Virus record (IMG/VR): IMGVR_UViG_3300043788_000040
Coordinates: 32,001 to 96,000 of that record
Length of the DNA stretch: 64,000 nt
From: a virus
Direction: 5' to 3' (one strand)
Below, piece by piece: positions 29,965 to 38,575 of this stretch. Position numbers and translations under genes: made by a program. Under the pieces are notes generated by a model that did not search any database, was not told where the DNA came from, and saw only the letters and a program-made list of their open reading frames with translations. Numbering within the stretch: position 1 is the stretch's first letter; each line of letters starts with the position of its first letter.

Positions 29965-30256
29965 AGAGTGCCCAGTTTGCAGCGCCCAGATGAAGGAGCA
30001 CATTGACACCATTGATTGGGGTGGCCCGATCTGTGAGCATGTGGCGACGTGTCCCAACGGGTGCTACTCCTATGAGTATCTCTATGGCTACACCAGCGTC
30101 CATGTGGCTGACTCGCAATTCGGCTGGGGTTATAGCGACGACAGACAAGTAGTGAAAGCACAGACCGACGCCATAGATGTCGCAATTGAGGCGGTACGTC
30201 TCGCCCGTGGAATCCCAAGTGAAGATAAAACTGGACGACCCCAAGAATCGCGTTAA
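29957..30256 (+). CDS. Hypothetical Cys-containing protein
   Basis: CPVC..CPNGC. Confidence 0.55.
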   Translation: MCEECPVCSAQMKEHIDTIDWGGPICEHVATCPNGCYSYEYLYGYTSVHVADSQFGWGYSDDRQVVKAQTDAIDVAIEAVRLARGIPSEDKTGRPQESR

Positions 30257-31226
30257 CCTCGTTTGGACGACGGACTGGCACTTCAGCGATGTCCCGCCCG
30301 GACGCCGTAGGGACGACTATCGTCTTGCCCTGCTTGACAAGCTCGCTTTCGTGCGTGACCTCACGGAAAAACTTCATGGTGCGGCGCTCTGCGGTGGCGA
30401 CGTGTTCCACATCAAGAAGCCCAACCACAACGGTAATAGCTTCCGCCTCATCATTGAACTTATCGGCGCTCTTCGGCGCTTCCCGCACGAACGGGTGTTC
30501 GGCAGCGTCGGCAACCACGACATCTCGTACGACCGCATGGATTCCCTACCTCGTCAACCGCTAGGATTGCTGATGGAGGTGGGCGCGTACCACAACCTGA
30601 ACCGAGAACCTGTTTTCTTCACCAACCGAGATGAGACCGTCAAGGTTTCGGTAGAGACCTTCCCCTACGCCGAGGGTGTGGAGACCATCCAGAACATCAT
30701 GAACGTCGGCCCGAGGCAGCCCGGCGTGACCTACAGGATCGGCATCGTCCACGCCTACGGGCACCCCGGCGACGCGGCGGACATGTTCGGAACACGCACG
30801 ATAGGGTACAATGAGCTTGAGGGCAGCGATTTTGACATCCTGCTCTGGGGACATGACCATTCTCGCCACGGGGTTGACGAGGTAGGCAAGACGACGCACA
30901 TCAACCTTGGCAGCATGGCACGGGCGGCGTTCACCTATGACGAGCTTGACCGCCCAGTCGTAGCGGCGATCTTGTCCTTTCAGCCGGACGGGACTTTTCA
31001 GTACGGCGAGAAGCCGATCCCGGTCAAGCCGATTGAGCAGGTCTTCGCATCGGCGGACAAGGGCGTGGAGATGGTTGCCAAGTCCGAGGAGATCAGCAAC
31101 TTCTTCGCGGAGATGGACGAGGCTGTTTCGGGGATAGAAGTTAACGATCCCCGTGCCGTCATCCACGAGCTATGTGGCGACGACGCTAAACTTGAGAGCC
31201 TAGTTTTGGAGGTTTGTGATCTGTGA
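30219..31226 (+). CDS. SbcD/Mre11-like nuclease
   Basis: TDWH, GGDVFH, GNHD, GHDH, NLGSMAR; close to the SbcC-like gene. Confidence 0.85.
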   Translation: MKIKLDDPKNRVNLVWTTDWHFSDVPPGRRRDDYRLALLDKLAFVRDLTEKLHGAALCGGDVFHIKKPNHNGNSFRLIIELIGALRRFPHERVFGSVGNHDISYDRMDSLPRQPLGLLMEVGAYHNLNREPVFFTNRDETVKVSVETFPYAEGVETIQNIMNVGPRQPGVTYRIGIVHAYGHPGDAADMFGTRTIGYNELEGSDFDILLWGHDHSRHGVDEVGKTTHINLGSMARAAFTYDELDRPVVAAILSFQPDGTFQYGEKPIPVKPIEQVFASADKGVEMVAKSEEISNFFAEMDEAVSGIEVNDPRAVIHELCGDDAKLESLVLEVCDL

Positions 31227-31394
31227 GTGTGGCGTATGTATGCAAGGAGTGCGGCGAGTGGATGCGCCTTTGGTGCCATTGCTGCGGCCTGTGCCTCCAC
31301 GAGCCGGAGGGTCCGCAATGCTGCAAATGCACGGTGCTGGTCGGCGGCCCTAGTGTTGTGGAGCCGCTTTGGAAGTGGCTGAAGGGGTTGTTCA

Positions 31395-31715
31395 ATGAGT
31401 GAATATCAACACGGCATCTGGTGCTCCGGCAGCAGGCAGCACCCCCGTACACCCGGTAACTCCTGCTCCTGCCACTCTTGCGACGTGTTTTACAACCGCC
31501 TTGATGTCCTCCGGCACGACGAAGATCAGATCAAGCGCACCCTGCGGATAGCCACGTGCCCCGGCTGCCACAACCGTACCGAGTTTCCGTTCACCAGTGA
31601 GAGCGTCCCAAAGGAAGTTTTCTGCATCAAATGTTCTGTATGGGCACCCGTAGAGACAATCTCATGGGATGGATTGGACTTCGCCAAACTTCTGCCAGTC
31701 TTAGAGCGCCCGTGA
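31395..31715 (+). CDS. Cys-rich hypothetical protein
   Basis: Multiple CxxC. Confidence 0.6.
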   Translation: MSEYQHGIWCSGSRQHPRTPGNSCSCHSCDVFYNRLDVLRHDEDQIKRTLRIATCPGCHNRTEFPFTSESVPKEVFCIKCSVWAPVETISWDGLDFAKLLPVLERP

Positions 31716-32146
31716 GACCTTGGTTTTCTCTCCTCTACCTCGCCCTTGCGCTGGTTTCATTCCGCATGTGGGAACAATCCTCTGACCTGTGGTGGACTCT
31801 GGGTGCGGCGGGCTTTGCCTTGGCGTCCATCAGGGAGACCCTCCTGTATTTGAAAGAGACGTTCCGACAATGAGCACGGCGGCAAGCTTCGCGAATCCTT
31901 CAATAGGCGTGAGGCGTGTCATGGCGAGACGACGCAAAAGGGATCGGGTCGAGGAAAGAATCTACAAGACGGTCTGGCATATCTTGATCGCTGCTGTCGG
32001 TGTATACGAGCTTCGCAACCACAAAACCAAACTCTCCAAAGTCTTAGCCTGCGGTCTGATAGCCTTCCACGTTGACGCGGCCGTTTCGGATGCACTTGAC
32101 AAAGCCCCCCTCTCTCGGCGTATACTAGATAAGTTGCGCCCACACC

Positions 32147-32494
32147 ATGACAGCCACACCAAAAGCGGCACCTGATAGGATTTACCTGTTCTGCTACGGC
32201 ACTTTGAAGCGGGGCGAGCCAGGACACGAACTTATGTCCGGCGCTACCTTCATCGGCACGGTGAAGGTGGATCATCTCTGTTGGATCAGGGACGCCGAGT
32301 ACCCCTCCTGTATTGAGACCACCAGCGCAGCCGACACAGTCGTTGGAGAAATCTGGGAAGTCCCGATGTCCGACCTCCCGATCATCAACGAGTACGAGGG
32401 CAAGAACTACAGGCTGGTGAAGCTCAAGGACTCCAACCTACACGCCTACCTGCTGAAAGAGAATGAGTCTGACAGATTCGTTGAGACCACCTAA
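32147..32494 (+). CDS. Gamma-glutamylcyclotransferase-family protein
   Basis: LFCYGTLKRGEPGH..GEIW..YEG. Confidence 0.85.
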   Translation: MTATPKAAPDRIYLFCYGTLKRGEPGHELMSGATFIGTVKVDHLCWIRDAEYPSCIETTSAADTVVGEIWEVPMSDLPIINEYEGKNYRLVKLKDSNLHAYLLKENESDRFVETT

Positions 32495-32515
32495 ATCCCC
32501 AGTATTAAGGGGAGA

Positions 32516-33136
32516 ATGAACATTCTCTCCAAACCGAACATCTTTTTCACCAGCGACTACCACATCTACCACGAGAACATCCTCAAGCTGGGCAAGGGGC
32601 GTCCCTTCGCCAGCACGGAGGAGATGCACGCGGCGATAGCTGACCGCCACAACGCCGTGGTGCGCCCCGGTGACCGTGTCTTCAATCTCGGGGACTTCGC
32701 CCTCAAGTGTAAGTGGGAGCAGGCGTACGCCTTCCGCCAGCGGCTCATGGGGCAGCAGCACTTCCTGTTTGGCAACCACGACAACATCGCATGGGACATG
32801 ATTCGGAACGTGCCTGACTGCTTCGTGCGGGTGTGGGGCGACCCGGATTCCCCCGGATCGTACGTTCTCCGGCTGAAGGGCTACGACGTCCCGAAAATTC
32901 AGATGGGGCACTTTGCTGCAAGGACTTGGACTTCATCGCACAAGGGAAGCTGGAACCTCTACGGGCACTCGCACAACCAACTCCCCGAGGAGCCAAATTT
33001 TCTTGCGTTTGACGTCGGTGTTGACTGCTGGGATTACGCCCCGGTCAGTATTGAAGAAGTGGCGCAGAAGATGAAAGCCAAGACCCCCGCTTGGGAAAAA
33101 TGGCGTGCGACCCTACCCGAAGGAAGAATGGAATAA
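32516..33136 (+). CDS. Metallophosphoesterase
   Basis: TSDYH, LGDF, GNHD, GHSH, DVGVD. Confidence 0.9.
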   Translation: MNILSKPNIFFTSDYHIYHENILKLGKGRPFASTEEMHAAIADRHNAVVRPGDRVFNLGDFALKCKWEQAYAFRQRLMGQQHFLFGNHDNIAWDMIRNVPDCFVRVWGDPDSPGSYVLRLKGYDVPKIQMGHFAARTWTSSHKGSWNLYGHSHNQLPEEPNFLAFDVGVDCWDYAPVSIEEVAQKMKAKTPAWEKWRATLPEGRME

Positions 33137-33480
33137 TGTCAGAACACTTTGATCCAGAAGCCGGACAGCCGTTGCCCATCACGACCAAGAAGAGCGTGGA
33201 CGTAGCTGTAGAAGTAGCGAACGATCTGAAGAGGGCTGACCTATCAAACATCGCCGAGGACGTTGAGGCTCGCATCCGCATCGGCGAGAAGAAGTACGGC
33301 AAGCGGCTCCAATCATTCAACGGTCGTGATGCCGTCAAGGACCTGTACGACGAGGTGCTTGATGCCCTGAACTATTCAAAGCAACTTGAGCTTGAGGGCA
33401 AGGATAACGGCAACATCTTCCGAGACCTCATCAGCCTCGCCGCTACAGTGAAGGCACGACTGGACAGCACGGCAGTCTAA
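33136..33480 (+). CDS. Helical phage protein (possible nucleotide pyrophosphohydrolase)
   Basis: GEKKYG..DLYDEVLDALNY. Confidence 0.55.
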   Translation: MSEHFDPEAGQPLPITTKKSVDVAVEVANDLKRADLSNIAEDVEARIRIGEKKYGKRLQSFNGRDAVKDLYDEVLDALNYSKQLELEGKDNGNIFRDLISLAATVKARLDSTAV

Positions 33481-33571
33481 TGAGCGACATGGCAGCGTTC
33501 TTCCTGCTTTACGTTGGATCAATCGTCGGCGTCATCCTGCTGACCATTTTCTTGTACCGCAGGGGCAAGCA

Positions 33572-34567
33572 GTGATACACGCGCAGGCACTAGGAGTTCT
33601 CCAGATGAACGAGATGTACGAAGCAGCGGCGAAGCATTTTGCCGAGCGTGTTGAAGCCATGTTTCAATCTGAGCAGACGCTTGAAGCAGCATTCAAGCTC
33701 CTCTACCCCGGTCTGCCCTTTGATCGCACCGACCACTGGGCGCATGTCTTTGAGACGCTGCTCAACGAGGCGTGGGATGTCAAGGGTCCGGTTGTCAAGA
33801 GCAACCCCACCGCCATGGATCGCCTGCATATCATCCGGGCGCTCCACCCGCTGCTTGACTACAACCTCTTCACCCAAGTGCTCCTCAACCTCCAAGGCTA
33901 TACGGGCATGTTCTACCTGACCGGGGATGTGGAGAAGGAAATCACACGCCTGAAGGACTATTGGAAGTCAAGGCAGTGGCAGTCCGACCCGTTCGCCCCG
34001 AAAGCCAAGATGGTGAAGCGGTCGGCGACCATCACGGATGAGCAGAGCGAGTACAACAACATTCTGTCCACGCTCAAGGCGCTCCGCACCATCACGCAGT
34101 TCACCCCGCAGATCAGTTTCCGTGTGTCGCCCAAGGGCGGCACCCCGGCGTTCGCCGATTCCCGCAACATCAGCATGATCGGCGTCGGCGGTGACAAGTA
34201 CCTGCGCACCATCCCTGCTCTTCGGGCGTTCTACATCACGTGGGATCAAGTTCCGCAGATGGCGATCCCGACCGGGACTAAGGTCGTGGACGACAAGCCT
34301 GCCATCGTGTTCAAGGCGGACGACATTCCGTACGAGTTCCTCTCCAAGTCCGGGGGCGAGATCATCCAAGAGGTGCTGTTCGCCCGCAAACTGATGTGGT
34401 ACATCTTCGCCGGGGTGGACACGACCAAGGAAACCTGCATCATGCTGCCCCGCATCAACTCCCTGCTGGTGGTCACCGACGCAGGCGGCGCAAGCCTCCT
34501 TGACGCCTTCACGCTGGTGCGAGAGAAGTTCCCCATGGTACAATTGACCGAGGGTGCGCGTGCGTAG
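33572..34567 (+). CDS. Hypothetical protein
   Basis: 331-aa ORF with typical codon usage. Confidence 0.7.
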   Translation: MIHAQALGVLQMNEMYEAAAKHFAERVEAMFQSEQTLEAAFKLLYPGLPFDRTDHWAHVFETLLNEAWDVKGPVVKSNPTAMDRLHIIRALHPLLDYNLFTQVLLNLQGYTGMFYLTGDVEKEITRLKDYWKSRQWQSDPFAPKAKMVKRSATITDEQSEYNNILSTLKALRTITQFTPQISFRVSPKGGTPAFADSRNISMIGVGGDKYLRTIPALRAFYITWDQVPQMAIPTGTKVVDDKPAIVFKADDIPYEFLSKSGGEIIQEVLFARKLMWYIFAGVDTTKETCIMLPRINSLLVVTDAGGASLLDAFTLVREKFPMVQLTEGARA

Positions 34568-34733
34568 GCTTTGTGATTTTGACTTCTCGGACGGAGCGGA
34601 GTGTCTTAAGCCTGCCGTAGCAAACATCCATCATTTGTGGTATTGTGCTGAACACTACGATGTGTGGGTAGACTATTTCCGCCGTAGGGACGACCCGGAC
34701 GCTAAACGGATACTGAGGGAAGCACGTGCATGA
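34560..34733 (+). CDS. Small Cys/His (putative Zn-finger) protein, paralog 2
   Basis: MRRLC-x9-CLKPAV..WYCAEHYD; not in the track. Confidence 0.6.
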   Translation: MRRLCDFDFSDGAECLKPAVANIHHLWYCAEHYDVWVDYFRRRDDPDAKRILREARA

Positions 34734-34872
34734 CATTCCGGCAAGTTGGCTCAGGCATCCTTTCCTGACTGTAGCAATAGCATCTGTCCTCTCAGCGGTG
34801 TTCAACACAGGCTTGGTCGCTCTCTTTGTGATGTTCGGCAAGAAGATGGGCTGGAAGAGGTTTCAGGAATGA
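34726..34872 (+). CDS. Small single-TM protein
   Basis: GTG start; hydrophobic stretch then KKMGWKR; coupled on both sides. Confidence 0.5.
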   Translation: MHDIPASWLRHPFLTVAIASVLSAVFNTGLVALFVMFGKKMGWKRFQE

Positions 34873-35057
34873 AACAGTGCTGTTGGCAGGGCGATGACAT
34901 AAGGTGCGAGAAGCCGGGCGTCTGTTCCATAGACTGGCCCGATTGCGGTGACGACGGCAGCAGCATCTTTTGGTACTGCGCCGAGCACTATGACCACCTG
35001 ATTGCTCGTCTGAAAGAATCTGGGCGGATAGCCGTACTGAAGGGAAAGCATGCCTAA
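34869..35057 (+). CDS. Small Cys/His (putative Zn-finger) protein, paralog 3
   Basis: MKQCC..CEKPGV..WYCAEHYD. Confidence 0.6.
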   Translation: MKQCCWQGDDIRCEKPGVCSIDWPDCGDDGSSIFWYCAEHYDHLIARLKESGRIAVLKGKHA

Positions 35058-36036
35058 GAGAATTTTCCTGCTCGACACGATGTCGCAAGTCTACCGTGCT
35101 TACCACGCGGGGGCGCACCAGCGCATCCAGATGACCACCAAGGCAGGCTTCCCCACGGGCGCAACTTACATCCTAGCCCGCATGTTCAAGAAACTCTTCG
35201 CCGACCACAAGCCCGAGTACATGATCGCCTGCATGGAAGGCGGCTCCGGCGCTACGAATCGTGAGAAGATGTACCCCGAGTACAAAGCGAACAGACGCGG
35301 CGAGACTCCGAACGAACTTACACGGCAGTTCCCGTACATCAACGGCTTGATTGACGCCTACAATCTGAAACGCATCAGCGTGGAGGGGTATGAGGCGGAC
35401 GACATCATCGGAACACTGTCAAAGCAGTTCTACGAGAGCGACCCGGAGAACCAGATTTTCATCGTGACAGGCGACAAGGACATGTTCCAGCTTGTCAACG
35501 ACCGCATCTTCATCGTGAACCCGATGAAAGACCTCCTTGCCGACACGCAGAAGGTTGAGCTTATCGTCGGCGTGCCTCCCGCACTGGTAACCGATGTCAT
35601 GGCGCTGCGTGGCGACACCGTGGACAACGTACCTGGCGCACCAGGCATCGGCGACAAAGGTTCCGTCGCCATCATCAAGCAATTCGGATCGCTGACTGCT
35701 GCCCTTGACCGTGCAGCCGAAGTGACACGCAAGAGCTATCGTGAGTCGCTCCAGAACAACCGGGCGCAGATTGAACTCAGCCACAAGCTGGTCACCATTG
35801 ACCGTGACGCACCCGTGGGAGTCGGCTTGGATCAGTACGTGTTCAACGGGGCTGATGCCGAGGCACTGAAGAAGATTTACGCCGAGCTTGAGTTCGCATC
35901 GCTGCTAAGCAAGGAATCGCTGGATGCGGTTGAAGACTTTGCCGAGATCGTGCAGCCCGAGGCTCCAGCCGTGGTTGACACACGCACGACGATGACCGAT
36001 GACCAAGCGGACAAGCTGATTGACAGCCTGTTCTAG
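35050..36036 (+). CDS. 5'-3' exonuclease / flap endonuclease (PolI N-terminal-like)
   Basis: YRAYHA, YKANR, EADDIIG, GDKD, GDTVDNVPGAPGIGDK. Confidence 0.95.
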   Translation: MPKRIFLLDTMSQVYRAYHAGAHQRIQMTTKAGFPTGATYILARMFKKLFADHKPEYMIACMEGGSGATNREKMYPEYKANRRGETPNELTRQFPYINGLIDAYNLKRISVEGYEADDIIGTLSKQFYESDPENQIFIVTGDKDMFQLVNDRIFIVNPMKDLLADTQKVELIVGVPPALVTDVMALRGDTVDNVPGAPGIGDKGSVAIIKQFGSLTAALDRAAEVTRKSYRESLQNNRAQIELSHKLVTIDRDAPVGVGLDQYVFNGADAEALKKIYAELEFASLLSKESLDAVEDFAEIVQPEAPAVVDTRTTMTDDQADKLIDSLF

Positions 36037-36044
36037 GAGTAGAC

Positions 36045-36266
36045 ATGCCACAACCGTATCGGTGGTCAGACGGGTACAACCCGAACATTCCGCGTAACTG
36101 CACAGCCTGCGGGGAACTTCTCCTGTTGGAGAACCTATACGTGGACGATGGGTGTCCCTGTAATTCCGCAAGGGGCGTCAATTTCAAGCCCCAGCCGTGT
36201 GATCTATGCCAACTTGACTGTTGTGTCAAGCCGGGGCATCGGCTATCTCAGCTATTCGGCTCCTAA
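36045..36266 (+). CDS. Cys-rich small protein
   Basis: AGGAG RBS; several Cys pairs. Confidence 0.6.
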   Translation: MPQPYRWSDGYNPNIPRNCTACGELLLLENLYVDDGCPCNSARGVNFKPQPCDLCQLDCCVKPGHRLSQLFGS

Positions 36267-36285
36267 AAATAGTGAAAATCAGTTG

Positions 36286-36314
36286 TTGACAATTTCTCAG
36301 CTACGCAGTATTCT
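36286..36314 (+). promoter_or_regulatory. Sigma70 promoter of the Tyr/Leu tRNA operon
   Basis: TTGACA-17-TATTCT. Confidence 0.8.
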
Positions 36315-36323
36315 TTTAGAGCC

Positions 36324-36398
36324 ATGACAAACCTTACCCTATCCCTGACCTTGTATAGCCTGCTTAGCGGGCTTCACGGCGGTGTGTTCATCGGGTAA
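36324..36398 (+). CDS. Leu-rich attenuator leader peptide MTNLTLSLTLYSLLSGLHGGVFIG
   Basis: 7 Leu (CTT x3, CTA, CTG x2, TTG) + TAT; overlaps the antiterminator 5' strand. Confidence 0.75.
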   Translation: MTNLTLSLTLYSLLSGLHGGVFIG

Positions 36399-36424
36399 GA
36401 CAAGAATCAAACCCAGATTAGAAC

Positions 36425-36455
36425 AGCCGCCGAAGTCAGGCGGCTTTCGTATTTT
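36425..36455 (+). terminator. Attenuator terminator (alternative antiterminator 36377-36432)
   Basis: AGCCGCC-GAAGTCA-GGCGGCT-TTCGTATTTT; CGGCGGTGTGTTC pairs with GAACAGCCGCCG. Confidence 0.75.
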
Positions 36456-36466
36456 ATGGGCAAAAT

Positions 36467-36554
36467 GGAGGGGATGGCACAATGGCGTGCCAGCAGACTG
36501 TAAATCTGCCGACCCTTGCGGTCATGGTGGGTTCGATCCCCACCCTCTCCACCA
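36467..36554 (+). tRNA. tRNA-Tyr(GTA)
   Basis: GCAGA-CTGTAAA-TCTGC; long variable arm; CCA. Confidence 0.9.
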
Positions 36555-36569
36555 ATTTTGGAGCATCAA

Positions 36570-36800
36570 ATGAAAGTAACCCAGACGCACCTGATGAGGA
36601 AGACTGAGCAAGGCACCGAGGTCCACACGATATGCTGGCTCGATGTAAAGCCGAATGTGAAGGTTGGCTCAAGGGTGTCCTTAGAGGACTCGCCAAACGA
36701 GTGGTGGACTGTCTTGTCTCAGGGTGGGTTGCAAGACTCCTCAGAGATCAACCGGAAGTGGGGTCTGGACCTGCCGAAGACTCAACGGCTGGAAAGGTAA
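36570..36800 (+). CDS. Hypothetical protein
   Basis: GGAG RBS; ATG after the tRNA. Confidence 0.6.
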   Translation: MKVTQTHLMRKTEQGTEVHTICWLDVKPNVKVGSRVSLEDSPNEWWTVLSQGGLQDSSEINRKWGLDLPKTQRLER

Positions 36801-37091
36801 AGCGAAAGGGCATTGAGTCCGGCAAGGTCACGGTGTGCAAGCACTGCGACACGAAGCACCCCATGTACGCGAACGGGACGATTTGCTTCATGGCTTTCTT
36901 CTACATCTACGAGCGTGACTTGCTCTGGATGGCAAGTCACGACGGCACCGATGGCATATCGGGCTGGCGTGCGCTAGCGAATGATCTGGGGTTCAAGGAT
37001 GCAAAGATAGACGTGCCTTGGACATTCCCAGACGAGGGTCGTCTGATCCCGTACCGGAGGATCAAGGACGGCAAGTTTTTGAGCAAGTAAT

Positions 37092-37177
37092 GCGAGCGTG
37101 GCGGAATTGGCAGACGCAACAGGTCGAGAGCCTGTCGGTTAACAGCCATGGAGGTTCAAGTCCTCTCGCTCGCACCA
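37092..37177 (+). tRNA. tRNA-Leu(GAG), atypical loop (C33, A37, G38)
   Basis: Leu-type D-arm and variable arm; ACAGG-TCGAGAG-CCTGT; CCA. Confidence 0.8.
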
Positions 37178-37181
37178 AGAT

Positions 37182-37290
37182 TGTCGGGCTAATTCTGTGA
37201 AACGGATGTCGGCAGAACCCCCGGTGACGCGAGCCTAGCTGTGGCAGGCGAATTGACGCCAAGGCGCTTTGAGGCTGTGGTCGCCCGACA
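37182..37290 (+). ncRNA. Structured RNA of unknown class
   Basis: Closing stem TGTCGGGC/GCCCGACA spans the inter-tRNA spacer. Confidence 0.45.
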
Positions 37291-37298
37291 AAGAATTT

Positions 37299-37385
37299 GC
37301 GGATATGGCGGAGTTGGCAGACGCGCTGGTCTCAGAAGCCAGTGGGGTAAAACCCGTGGAGGTTCGAGTCCTCTTATCCGCACCA
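37299..37385 (+). tRNA. tRNA-Leu(CAG)
   Basis: CTGGT-CTCAGAA-GCCAG; long variable arm; CCA. Confidence 0.93.
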
Positions 37386-37388
37386 AGT

Positions 37389-37534
37389 TTGAGAGCGTTG
37401 AGTGGGGGAACTGGCATACCCGGAGCGCCGTAAGGTGACTCCACGTCCCCGAATTGACGGGGGCTGCGGCGCAGCGTGGCGAAGGCAGTGCGGGTTCGAT
37501 TCCCGCCTCGGAAAGCTGCGACAACCGCTCTCAA
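37389..37534 (+). ncRNA. Anticodon-less tRNA-like RNA (GTAA-capped arm)
   Basis: Leu-type D-arm, GGAG-CGCC-GTAA-GGTG-A-CTCC, T-arm GCGGG-TTCGATT-CCCGC, outer stem TTGAGAGCG/CGCTCTCAA. Confidence 0.6.
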
Positions 37535-37538
37535 GAAT

Positions 37539-37663
37539 TTCGGGCGACTTCGTTGTTCATGACAGCGAAGCAGTGAGTAAGTGGCGGAATATGGCAGACG
37601 CGGCACTTCGGTGCTTGGATGCAAATCCTTGTGGGTTCGATTCCCACCGCTCCATCGCCCGAA
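37539..37663 (+). ncRNA. Anticodon-less tRNA-Leu-like RNA (UUCG-capped arm)
   Basis: D-arm TGGCGGAATATGGCAGACGC, GGCAC-TTCG-GTGCT, variable arm, T-arm, outer stem TTCGGGCGA/TCGCCCGAA. Confidence 0.65.
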
Positions 37664-37679
37664 CGCGTATTGAGGTCTT

Positions 37680-38066
37680 ATGGCGAAGTTTGAAGACCAT
37701 TGCAAGGACTGTGAACGCATCCTCGGCAACAAGCGCGAGGACGTGAACCGCTGGATGGACGAGCTTTTCAAGCAGTACGGACCTCGTCATCGTAGGCATC
37801 GTCACTGCTGGCACGGGGTGCGCACGGCGCTCAAGTTGTTTGGTATTGAGGGTGCGAAAGCTGCTATCATCCATATCGTGCGCGACTGTGGCGAGGTGCC
37901 GAGCCAGCGCACTTACGACGAGACGGCGCTGGGTGGCGGTGGAATTGTCATCGCACCGGAGTACACGTACTCAGACGGCGAAGCGGCGCAGAAGTCGTTC
38001 GCTGATGTAGTGAACAAAGAGTTTGAACGTGCTGCTGGGATAATTGGTAAGGACTGGCAGCAATAA
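37680..38066 (+). CDS. His-rich phage protein (DUF6915-like)
   Basis: WMD..HRRHRH..HIVRDCG pattern. Confidence 0.6.
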   Translation: MAKFEDHCKDCERILGNKREDVNRWMDELFKQYGPRHRRHRHCWHGVRTALKLFGIEGAKAAIIHIVRDCGEVPSQRTYDETALGGGGIVIAPEYTYSDGEAAQKSFADVVNKEFERAAGIIGKDWQQ

Positions 38067-38152
38067 GCGCGAGTGGCGGAATGGCAGACGCACTAGCTTG
38101 AGGTGCTAGCGGTGGAAACATCGTGGAGGTTCGACTCCTCTCTCGCGCACCA
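38067..38152 (+). tRNA. tRNA-Leu(GAG)
   Basis: CTAGC-TTGAGGT-GCTAG; CCA. Confidence 0.95.
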
Positions 38153-38157
38153 AATTT

Positions 38158-38296
38158 GGGGGAATAGCATTGTGGAATGCGCCGGGGGTAACCCGGAGAA
38201 GTCGGTTCGACTCCGACTCTATATTCGGCAGTTGCGTTGTTCCCGACCGGATTGATTCCGGCTCGCGGTGAGCAGAGGGCGATACTTCCCCCACCA
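38158..38296 (+). ncRNA. CCA-ended tRNA-like RNA with a 5-nt anticodon loop and an insert after the T-arm
   Basis: GGGGGAA/TTCCCCC-A-CCA; D-arm GCATT-GTGG-AATGC; CCGGG-GGTAA-CCCGG; T-arm GTCGG-TTCGACT-CCGAC. Confidence 0.65.
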
Positions 38297-38303
38297 AGTT
38301 AGG

Positions 38304-38397
38304 GGAAGCTCCGTTGTGCTGTCGGTTCGACTCCGACGACGTAGGGAAGGGCAAGCCGTGTAGACGGCCCGATTCTCGGAGAGGCACAACGACTTCC
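38304..38397 (+). ncRNA. T-arm-containing structured RNA
   Basis: Outer stem GGAAG..CGTTGTGC/GCACAACG..CTTCC; 17-nt T-arm identical to the preceding element. Confidence 0.55.
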
Positions 38398-38405
38398 ATA
38401 AGTTT

Positions 38406-38491
38406 GCGGCTGTGGCGGAATTGGCAGACGCGCTAGCCTTAGGAGCTAGTGGCTAATAACCGTGGGGGTTCGAGTCCCTCCAGCCGCACCA
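38406..38491 (+). tRNA. tRNA-Leu(TAG)
   Basis: CTAGC-CTTAGGA-GCTAG; CCA. Confidence 0.95.
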
Positions 38492-38497
38492 AGCTTT

Positions 38498-38571
38498 GGG
38501 CGCGGAATATGTCGCCGTGGCGGATCGTATGCCGACACGGTGCCCGCACATTCGGGGTAGCGCCCACACCA
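38498..38571 (+). ncRNA. tRNA-sized CCA-ended RNA without a canonical cloverleaf
   Basis: TGGGCGC/GCGCCCA stem followed by CACCA. Confidence 0.45.
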
Positions 38572-38575
38572 GATT

